The position numbers and the translations under genes are program-made. Below are positions 1-7,521 of a stretch of 8,485 nt of DNA, piece after piece. Source of the DNA: Naegleria gruberi (lineage: Eukaryota); NCBI GenBank assembly GCA_000004985.1, contig GG739071.1, one strand, 5' to 3'. The notes under the pieces are model-generated. The model searched no databases and had not been told where the DNA came from. It saw nothing but the letters and a program-made list of their open reading frames with translations. Every line of letters begins with the position of its first letter. Within the stretch, counting starts at the first letter, position 1.

Positions 1-668
1 TTGTAGTAAATTGACTGATAAAGTGAAACTAACATACCATCAAAATATAAATCAATTGTATCTTCATTATTCCCTCTTTCTATTAATTGAGTTGCTTCAG
101 CAACTATCTTTCTTCTATCAACGAGTTCTGGGTGATACCTTGCTATCTGCAATAAAGTAGAACAACATATATCATTAGTATCATTAAAGAATAGAAACAA
201 ATGATCAATAGAAGAGGCTTCCAGAATATTTGGAATTACTTTGCCATTGATTGGGTTTAAAAATAAATACCAAATATTTTGAATAACATCTACTTGCAAT
301 TCGTGAACTGCTTGCTGTGAGATACTATTTTTGCAGTAATCTATAATATTTGGATCTAGTAATTTCGCCCAAACTTTACCAATTTCAATCTCAATTGCTT
401 TCTCTGTGAATTTGTCATTGAAATATCTTGCCAAGCACACGAATAAATCCTTTACTGTTTGAAAATCACTCAACTCAATATCAAATAAATTCTTGTAATA
501 TTCTAAATTTTTAAAAACATGATTATAATTGTAATCCTCTCTTTTTCTCTTTCCGAAATTTTGTGATTGAGCAATTTTCGATCCAATACGACAAGCGTTG
601 ATTAACTTTTCCCTTTCCTTTTGATTTTGACGCTTCCGATAGAATTCAGCAACATCTTCTTTTTCCAT
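1..668 (-). CDS. 5' part (N-terminal 222 codons) of an uncharacterised, mostly alpha-helical protein; ATG at 668-666 on the minus strand, open frame continues past position 1
   Basis: Hand translation of the reverse complement from 668 gives MEKEDVAEFYRKRQNQKEREKLINACRIGSKIAQSQNFGKRKREDYNYNHVFKNLEYYKNLFDIELSDFQTVKDLFVCLARYFNDKFTEKAIEIEIGKVWAKLLDPNIIDYCKNSISQQAVHELQVDVIQNIWYLFLNPINGKVIPNILEASSIDHLFLFFNDTNDICCSTLLQIARYHPELVDRRKIVAEATQLIERGNNEDTIDLYFDGMLVSLYQSIYY... There is no stop in 222 codons of ~75% AT DNA, which is very unlikely by chance. The ORF is absent from the supplied track, presumably because its stop lies outside the window. Context aaaaATGg has A at -3. I do not recognise the family; the basic N-terminus (RKRQNQKEREK ... 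GKRKRED) looks like a bipartite NLS. Confidence 0.55.
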   Translation of the reverse strand, partial: MEKEDVAEFYRKRQNQKEREKLINACRIGSKIAQSQNFGKRKREDYNYNHVFKNLEYYKNLFDIELSDFQTVKDLFVCLARYFNDKFTEKAIEIEIGKVWAKLLDPNIIDYCKNSISQQAVHELQVDVIQNIWYLFLNPINGKVIPNILEASSIDHLFLFFNDTNDICCSTLLQIARYHPELVDRRKIVAEATQLIERGNNEDTIDLYFDGMLVSLYQSIYY

Positions 669-1395
669 TTTTTTTAAATATTAATTTAAAATTATTTTTG
701 GCGCGAAGTGAGCTTTATTGCAGCTATTTTGATAAGGGCTGATGAATATTTGAATGATTACCTTACAAGTTCCATTATTTTGATAGTGAGATGAAAACAA
801 AAGCACTCTAAATAAGCTTGGTTTTGATCGAACAGGAATTACAACACAGATAAAGCTCAATCTGCCCACGTTGTTGTGTATTCTTTTCATTGTATTCAAA
901 GCAGTGATATCTGGTGAAGCAATTCACTATGGTCAACAAACCGTAACTCTTTCATTACATGTTTTCATCAAATATTGTTTTTCAACAAGAAAAAAATAGC
1001 TTCTTACATCACTCCTTACCATCTTCGCCATCAAAAATGTTGAACAACCACTACTAATCTTCTTTTACCTGATTTTATCAGGAGGAGAAATGATCATTTG
1101 CTTCCGTGTGCTTTTTTTGCATTACATTCTTCATCTTGAGAATAGTAATACTCTTTCATCTATAGCATTTCCTCTCGATGTTGCTTTGAAGAATATTCAG
1201 TCAGTAACGTATATCGGAGTGAATGAGCAATATTCAGGCTTCTTTTCAGTTTCTTGCCAGTTCCTCCTTATGATGGTTGTTTTATTCCTCGGTTCTACAG
1301 GTCATCCTTTGCGTACTGTTGACTGTGGAATCAACAAAGTTGTCAAATTCACCTTTCATCCTTTTAATTTTGTTGTTAATGGATAGCAATTAAAA
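669..1395. promoter_or_regulatory. Divergent intergenic/promoter region between the minus gene (ATG 668) and the plus NHL-repeat gene (ATG 1396)
   Basis: The two start codons face away from each other across ~730 bp of AT-rich sequence. The only ORFs here are 681-899(-) and 1090-1386(+), and neither has recognisable protein features, but see the finding on 1072-1395. Confidence 0.4.
697..707. promoter_or_regulatory. E2F-type element TTTGGCGCGAA (TTTSSCGC core; reverse strand TTCGCGCCAAA), 29-39 bp upstream of the minus-strand ATG at 668
   Basis: It is the only GC-rich island in an otherwise A/T-rich promoter. The plus strand tttttGGCGCGaag matches the canonical E2F consensus TTTSSCGC exactly. 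The reverse strand resembles the classical TTTCGCGCCAAA-type sites. Confidence 0.3.
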
Positions 1396-1611
1396 ATGTC
1401 TTTACTTGCTAGCAGGGCACAACTGAATTATCCTAGATGTGTTTTTGTTTCATCAAATAATGAAGTTTATATTGCTGATGAAGGTAATCAAAGAATTAGA
1501 AAAGTAGTAGAGAATGGAAATATTGTAACAATTGCAGGAAATGGAACTGTTGGATTCAGTGGTGATAATGGCCCTGCAACAAGTGCACAACTTTATTATC
1601 CTTCTAGTGTT
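1396..1611 (+). CDS. N-terminal fragment (72 aa visible) of an NHL-repeat (six-bladed beta-propeller type) protein; the CDS continues into the masked region
   Basis: Translation is MSLLASRAQLNYPRCVFVSSNNEVYIADEGNQRIRKVVENGNIVTIAGNGTVGFSGDNGPATSAQLYYPSSV. This is a textbook NHL repeat (LNYPxGVxV..ngn.YIAD.gNhRIRKv...G.I.TiAG.G..G..GDGGPAt.AqL..P.gV). The next repeat begins at GDNGPATSAQLYYPSSV just before the mask. Context aaaaATGt has A at -3. The frame is open from 1387 to the last readable codon 1609-1611. Confidence 0.6.
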
Positions 1612-4600
1612 NNNNNNNNNNNNNNNNNNNNNNNNNNNNNNNNNNNNNNNNNNNNNNNNNNNNNNNNNNNNNNNNNNNNNNNNNNNNNNNNNNNNNNNNN
1701 NNNNNNNNNNNNNNNNNNNNNNNNNNNNNNNNNNNNNNNNNNNNNNNNNNNNNNNNNNNNNNNNNNNNNNNNNNNNNNNNNNNNNNNNNNNNNNNNNNNN
1801 NNNNNNNNNNNNNNNNNNNNNNNNNNNNNNNNNNNNNNNNNNNNNNNNNNNNNNNNNNNNNNNNNNNNNNNNNNNNNNNNNNNNNNNNNNNNNNNNNNNN
1901 NNNNNNNNNNNNNNNNNNNNNNNNNNNNNNNNNNNNNNNNNNNNNNNNNNNNNNNNNNNNNNNNNNNNNNNNNNNNNNNNNNNNNNNNNNNNNNNNNNNN
2001 NNNNNNNNNNNNNNNNNNNNNNNNNNNNNNNNNNNNNNNNNNNNNNNNNNNNNNNNNNNNNNNNNNNNNNNNNNNNNNNNNNNNNNNNNNNNNNNNNNNN
2101 NNNNNNNNNNNNNNNNNNNNNNNNNNNNNNNNNNNNNNNNNNNNNNNNNNNNNNNNNNNNNNNNNNNNNNNNNNNNNNNNNNNNNNNNNNNNNNNNNNNN
2201 NNNNNNNNNNNNNNNNNNNNNNNNNNNNNNNNNNNNNNNNNNNNNNNNNNNNNNNNNNNNNNNNNNNNNNNNNNNNNNNNNNNNNNNNNNNNNNNNNNNN
2301 NNNNNNNNNNNNNNNNNNNNNNNNNNNNNNNNNNNNNNNNNNNNNNNNNNNNNNNNNNNNNNNNNNNNNNNNNNNNNNNNNNNNNNNNNNNNNNNNNNNN
2401 NNNNNNNNNNNNNNNNNNNNNNNNNNNNNNNNNNNNNNNNNNNNNNNNNNNNNNNNNNNNNNNNNNNNNNNNNNNNNNNNNNNNNNNNNNNNNNNNNNNN
2501 NNNNNNNNNNNNNNNNNNNNNNNNNNNNNNNNNNNNNNNNNNNNNNNNNNNNNNNNNNNNNNNNNNNNNNNNNNNNNNNNNNNNNNNNNNNNNNNNNNNN
2601 NNNNNNNNNNNNNNNNNNNNNNNNNNNNNNNNNNNNNNNNNNNNNNNNNNNNNNNNNNNNNNNNNNNNNNNNNNNNNNNNNNNNNNNNNNNNNNNNNNNN
2701 NNNNNNNNNNNNNNNNNNNNNNNNNNNNNNNNNNNNNNNNNNNNNNNNNNNNNNNNNNNNNNNNNNNNNNNNNNNNNNNNNNNNNNNNNNNNNNNNNNNN
2801 NNNNNNNNNNNNNNNNNNNNNNNNNNNNNNNNNNNNNNNNNNNNNNNNNNNNNNNNNNNNNNNNNNNNNNNNNNNNNNNNNNNNNNNNNNNNNNNNNNNN
2901 NNNNNNNNNNNNNNNNNNNNNNNNNNNNNNNNNNNNNNNNNNNNNNNNNNNNNNNNNNNNNNNNNNNNNNNNNNNNNNNNNNNNNNNNNNNNNNNNNNNN
3001 NNNNNNNNNNNNNNNNNNNNNNNNNNNNNNNNNNNNNNNNNNNNNNNNNNNNNNNNNNNNNNNNNNNNNNNNNNNNNNNNNNNNNNNNNNNNNNNNNNNN
3101 NNNNNNNNNNNNNNNNNNNNNNNNNNNNNNNNNNNNNNNNNNNNNNNNNNNNNNNNNNNNNNNNNNNNNNNNNNNNNNNNNNNNNNNNNNNNNNNNNNNN
3201 NNNNNNNNNNNNNNNNNNNNNNNNNNNNNNNNNNNNNNNNNNNNNNNNNNNNNNNNNNNNNNNNNNNNNNNNNNNNNNNNNNNNNNNNNNNNNNNNNNNN
3301 NNNNNNNNNNNNNNNNNNNNNNNNNNNNNNNNNNNNNNNNNNNNNNNNNNNNNNNNNNNNNNNNNNNNNNNNNNNNNNNNNNNNNNNNNNNNNNNNNNNN
3401 NNNNNNNNNNNNNNNNNNNNNNNNNNNNNNNNNNNNNNNNNNNNNNNNNNNNNNNNNNNNNNNNNNNNNNNNNNNNNNNNNNNNNNNNNNNNNNNNNNNN
3501 NNNNNNNNNNNNNNNNNNNNNNNNNNNNNNNNNNNNNNNNNNNNNNNNNNNNNNNNNNNNNNNNNNNNNNNNNNNNNNNNNNNNNNNNNNNNNNNNNNNN
3601 NNNNNNNNNNNNNNNNNNNNNNNNNNNNNNNNNNNNNNNNNNNNNNNNNNNNNNNNNNNNNNNNNNNNNNNNNNNNNNNNNNNNNNNNNNNNNNNNNNNN
3701 NNNNNNNNNNNNNNNNNNNNNNNNNNNNNNNNNNNNNNNNNNNNNNNNNNNNNNNNNNNNNNNNNNNNNNNNNNNNNNNNNNNNNNNNNNNNNNNNNNNN
3801 NNNNNNNNNNNNNNNNNNNNNNNNNNNNNNNNNNNNNNNNNNNNNNNNNNNNNNNNNNNNNNNNNNNNNNNNNNNNNNNNNNNNNNNNNNNNNNNNNNNN
3901 NNNNNNNNNNNNNNNNNNNNNNNNNNNNNNNNNNNNNNNNNNNNNNNNNNNNNNNNNNNNNNNNNNNNNNNNNNNNNNNNNNNNNNNNNNNNNNNNNNNN
4001 NNNNNNNNNNNNNNNNNNNNNNNNNNNNNNNNNNNNNNNNNNNNNNNNNNNNNNNNNNNNNNNNNNNNNNNNNNNNNNNNNNNNNNNNNNNNNNNNNNNN
4101 NNNNNNNNNNNNNNNNNNNNNNNNNNNNNNNNNNNNNNNNNNNNNNNNNNNNNNNNNNNNNNNNNNNNNNNNNNNNNNNNNNNNNNNNNNNNNNNNNNNN
4201 NNNNNNNNNNNNNNNNNNNNNNNNNNNNNNNNNNNNNNNNNNNNNNNNNNNNNNNNNNNNNNNNNNNNNNNNNNNNNNNNNNNNNNNNNNNNNNNNNNNN
4301 NNNNNNNNNNNNNNNNNNNNNNNNNNNNNNNNNNNNNNNNNNNNNNNNNNNNNNNNNNNNNNNNNNNNNNNNNNNNNNNNNNNNNNNNNNNNNNNNNNNN
4401 NNNNNNNNNNNNNNNNNNNNNNNNNNNNNNNNNNNNNNNNNNNNNNNNNNNNNNNNNNNNNNNNNNNNNNNNNNNNNNNNNNNNNNNNNNNNNNNNNNNN
4501 NNNNNNNNNNNNNNNNNNNNNNNNNNNNNNNNNNNNNNNNNNNNNNNNNNNNNNNNNNNNNNNNNNNNNNNNNNNNNNNNNNNNNNNNNNNNNNNNNNNN

Positions 4601-6107
4601 NNNNNNNNNNNNNNNNNNNNNNNNNNNNNNNNNNNNNNNNNNNNNNNNNNNNNNNNNNNNNNNNNNNNNNNNNNNNNNNNNNNNNNNNNNNNNNNNNNNN
4701 NNNNNNNNNNNNNNNNNNNNNNNNNNNNNNNNNNNNNNNNNNNNNNNNNNNNNNNNNNNNNNNNNNNNNNNNNNNNNNNNNNNNNNNNNNNNNNNNNNNN
4801 NNNNNNNNNNNNNNNNNNNNNNNNNNNNNNNNNNNNNNNNNNNNNNNNNNNNNNNNNNNNNNNNNNNNNNNNNNNNNNNNNNNNNNNNNNNNNNNNNNNN
4901 NNNNNNNNNNNNNNNNNNNNNNNNNNNNNNNNNNNNNNNNNNNNNNNNNNNNNNNNNNNNNNNNNNNNNNNNNNNNNNNNNNNNNNNNNNNNNNNNNNNN
5001 NNNNNNNNNNNNNNNNNNNNNNNNNNNNNNNNNNNNNNNNNNNNNNNNNNNNNNNNNNNNNNNNNNNNNNNNNNNNNNNNNNNNNNNNNNNNNNNNNNNN
5101 NNNNNNNNNNNNNNNNNNNNNNNNNNNNNNNNNNNNNNNNNNNNNNNNNNNNNNNNNNNNNNNNNNNNNNNNNNNNNNNNNNNNNNNNNNNNNNNNNNNN
5201 NNNNNNNNNNNNNNNNNNNNNNNNNNNNNNNNNNNNNNNNNNNNNNNNNNNNNNNNNNNNNNNNNNNNNNNNNNNNNNNNNNNNNNNNNNNNNNNNNNNN
5301 NNNNNNNNNNNNNNNNNNNNNNNNNNNNNNNNNNNNNNNNNNNNNNNNNNNNNNNNNNNNNNNNNNNNNNNNNNNNNNNNNNNNNNNNNNNNNNNNNNNN
5401 NNNNNNNNNNNNNNNNNNNNNNNNNNNNNNNNNNNNNNNNNNNNNNNNNNNNNNNNNNNNNNNNNNNNNNNNNNNNNNNNNNNNNNNNNNNNNNNNNNNN
5501 NNNNNNNNNNNNNNNNNNNNNNNNNNNNNNNNNNNNNNNNNNNNNNNNNNNNNNNNNNNNNNNNNNNNNNNNNNNNNNNNNNNNNNNNNNNNNNNNNNNN
5601 NNNNNNNNNNNNNNNNNNNNNNNNNNNNNNNNNNNNNNNNNNNNNNNNNNNNNNNNNNNNNNNNNNNNNNNNNNNNNNNNNNNNNNNNNNNNNNNNNNNN
5701 NNNNNNNNNNNNNNNNNNNNNNNNNNNNNNNNNNNNNNNNNNNNNNNNNNNNNNNNNNNNNNNNNNNNNNNNNNNNNNNNNNNNNNNNNNNNNNNNNNNN
5801 NNNNNNNNNNNNNNNNNNNNNNNNNNNNNNNNNNNNNNNNNNNNNNNNNNNNNNNNNNNNNNNNNNNNNNNNNNNNNNNNNNNNNNNNNNNNNNNNNNNN
5901 NNNNNNNNNNNNNNNNNNNNNNNNNNNNNNNNNNNNNNNNNNNNNNNNNNNNNNNNNNNNNNNNNNNNNNNNNNNNNNNNNNNNNNNNNNNNNNNNNNNN
6001 NNNNNNNNNNNNNNNNNNNNNNNNNNNNNNNNNNNNNNNNNNNNNNNNNNNNNNNNNNNNNNNNNNNNNNNNNNNNNNNNNNNNNNNNNNNNNNNNNNNN
6101 NNNNNNN
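1612..6107. other. Hard-masked run of 4,496 N (one further N at 6109); sequence content unknowable
   Basis: Direct reading of the sequence. Readable bases resume at 6108 (c) and continuously from 6110. Confidence 1.
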
Positions 6108-7037
6108 CNCCTCTGCAACCACTTGCTTTAGCTCTGACAGTTTTTGACTGGCATATACAATCCTTTCTTCATTCTCTCCTTTAAATCCAAGCAAAGCTTT
6201 TACAACAACTTCAAGGTCAAAGCCATTGATATTGTTAACAACCTCTTTCGCTCTTTTTTCATCTAATCCAATACCGCCTTCTCCTGTTGAAGTGATTAAT
6301 ATTTCTTCAATGGCATCCAGTGTCCAAGAGCAACAATCTTGCTTGTTTAATTCAAGTTGTTTTACCTGCAAAGTTCCTTTCTTCCTCTTTAGTGTAACAG
6401 GTGTTCTTTTGAATTGTAAAATCTCCTTCTCTCTCCTACATATCTGTTTGTAATCTTTGCTTTCATCTGATAAACCTTCTGTGGAAGAGCTTTCTACATC
6501 TGATATCAGATTTTCAACCTCTGCACAAGTACTGATATAATTAAACACATCAGTCCAAGTTTTATCTTTGTTAGTCTTTGTTTTAGTAGTAGTATTTGTG
6601 GGAGGTGCTGTATTTTCCTCACTTGAAAACTTGTTGTTTTTAGAATTACCTTTCGTTATGGAAAATTTGTGATGCTCATATGTGGAGGAATTTCTTCCTA
6701 CGAAATCAATAGCATACTCTGAAATCCAACTATTATACATTAGTTCCATAAACTTTTTCAATCTGGTTATGCATCTTGAAAACACGTGAACCTGAACAGA
6801 GGTTTTTGCCTGATTGTTTTTCAAAGATGGTACACAATCTATTCTATTCACTTCTCCATAAACTACGGACTGTATAGCAAAGCCCCTTATAGTTCTTTTC
6901 ACTTGTTTTCCGGAAGGAACGTAAATTGATAGAGTAAAATGGTTGGGAATTTCATTATGTATGGATACAATAGGAATTTCCCTCACTTCACCATCAATAA
7001 GGAGAGATACAATTGTTTGTTGCTTAGTGCTTGACAT
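6108..7037 (-). CDS. 5' part (309 aa visible) of an uncharacterised protein: ~110-aa N-terminal domain of unknown type, S/T/K/N-rich linker, then a UBA-like three-helix segment; continues into the mask
   Basis: ATG at 7037-7035 on the minus strand (cat on plus; context actaATGt, A-rich leader). The uninterrupted frame reaches the mask edge (last full codon 6113-6111 = E). Protein begins MSSTKQQTIVSLLIDGEVREIPIVSIHNEIPNHF... and ends LDEKRAKEVVNNINGFDLEVVVKALLGFKGENEERIVYASQKLSELKQVVAE. Residues ~258-300 fit the UBA pattern (helix, x-G-F loop, helix with KALL, loop, N-rich helix 3) reasonably well. The linker (residues ~118-225) is low complexity (TNTTTKTKTNKDKT, SSSTEGLSDESK). 309 stop-free codons in AT-rich DNA support coding. 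Confidence 0.55.
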
Positions 7038-7096
7038 TAGTATTTTTTTTGTTCTCCAATTTCAATAATAATTTAACAATTTCTAAATAGTTTCCA

Positions 7097-7278
7097 CTAA
7101 ATATCAGATGTTACTATGAAGCCGATAAAGCATGATTTATTATGAGCTGCAGCAATTGCACCTTCTTTCTGGATTGGATTTTGTTCATCATCATTATCTT
7201 CAATTATTTTAGATGCTTTGTACTTTGGTAGGAATTTAACATGTTTCCAACAACCACATATGAAGCAAAGGCATCTCC
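7097..7278 (-). CDS. Candidate 3'-terminal exon (Cys-rich: ..RCLCFICGCWKHVKFLPKYKASKIIEDNDDEQNPIQKEGAIAAAHNKSCFIGFIVTSDI*) preceded by a polypyrimidine tract + CAG acceptor-like junction; the gene it belongs to is undetermined
   Basis: Read on the minus strand, 7300->7279 is gtcattgtgtcccccttcacag followed by GGAGATGCC... and a 59-codon open frame to TAG (7099-7097). The track ORF 7097-7294 starts on GTG, not ATG, so it is not a stand-alone gene. AATAAA occurs on the minus strand at 7143-7138, near the end of this frame. No convincing GTAAGT/GTATGT-type donor was found upstream, so the exon assignment is weak. Confidence 0.15.
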
Positions 7279-7521
7279 CTGTGAAGGGGGACACAATGAC
7301 ATGTTAGAATTCATTCTCATCAATCCCTCCTCCTCTTCCATATGACATCTTTGATGAGAAGGAGTTCTATTCGGAGAGTGTGTCTTTCTTCCTGTTTCAC
7401 AATTTGATGCTAATGAATCAATAGTAACATTGTTGTTATTGCATTCGAATTTTTCATGATGACATTGACAGTGTATCTTATTGGATTTAAATCTTCGTGT
7501 ATCAAAGAGGAATTGTTGTTC

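Noticed and set aside
681-899. 72-aa ORF on the minus strand inside the divergent promoter
   Set aside because: It is hydrophobic, low-information sequence with no motif, sits within the promoter of the 668 gene, and is of a length easily reached by chance.
1079-1092. AGGAGG 4 nt upstream of the ATG at 1090 (Shine-Dalgarno-like), which could suggest a bacterial origin
   Set aside because: None of the four supported start codons (668-, 1396+, 7037-, 8262-) has an SD-like motif. They have A/G at -3 instead, and the locus has eukaryote-type low-complexity proteins, so this is most likely coincidence.
1384-1386. The in-frame TAG between ORF 1090-1386 and the NHL ORF could be a Gln codon (ciliate-type genetic code), making one long gene
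   Set aside because: The other coding regions contain no in-frame TAA/TAG over hundreds of codons, and Gln is encoded by CAA/CAG throughout (QQQQ = CAA x4, for example). A reassigned-stop code would scatter TAA/TAG through the real genes.
6226-6453. 75-aa plus-strand ORF
   Set aside because: It is antisense to, and wholly inside, the well-supported minus-strand CDS (309 open codons). Its translation (MILLTTSFALFSS...) has no features.
1396-7037. Very long ORFs in the track (1583, 1550, 1813, 1504 aa) spanning 1396-6147, 1532-6184, 1596-7037 and 1604-6118
   Set aside because: Their length comes entirely from N being translated as X across the mask. Only 1396-1611(+) and 6111-7037(-) carry real, interpretable coding sequence. 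1532-6184 is an overlapping alternative frame of the NHL gene, and 1604-6118 starts on TTG within 10 nt of the mask.
7138-7143. AATAAA (minus strand) as the polyadenylation signal of the 8262->7522 gene
   Set aside because: That is possible, but it would imply a ~385-nt 3'UTR ending ~80 bp from the next ATG. AATAAG variants sit nearer the stop (7519-7524, 7477-7482). It cannot be decided without transcript data.
7097-7294. Track ORF 'MSPFTG...' as a stand-alone gene
   Set aside because: Its first codon is GTG (plus 7292-7294 = cac), with no ATG in the frame, and a eukaryote-like locus should not use GTG starts. It is retained only as a low-confidence exon candidate.
7440-7455. gcattcgaattttt, which resembles part of a tRNA T-loop (GGTTCGAATCC)
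   Set aside because: Only the TTCGAAT core matches. There is no acceptor-stem pairing or D-loop context nearby. No tRNA, rRNA or CRISPR repeats were recognisable anywhere in the readable sequence.
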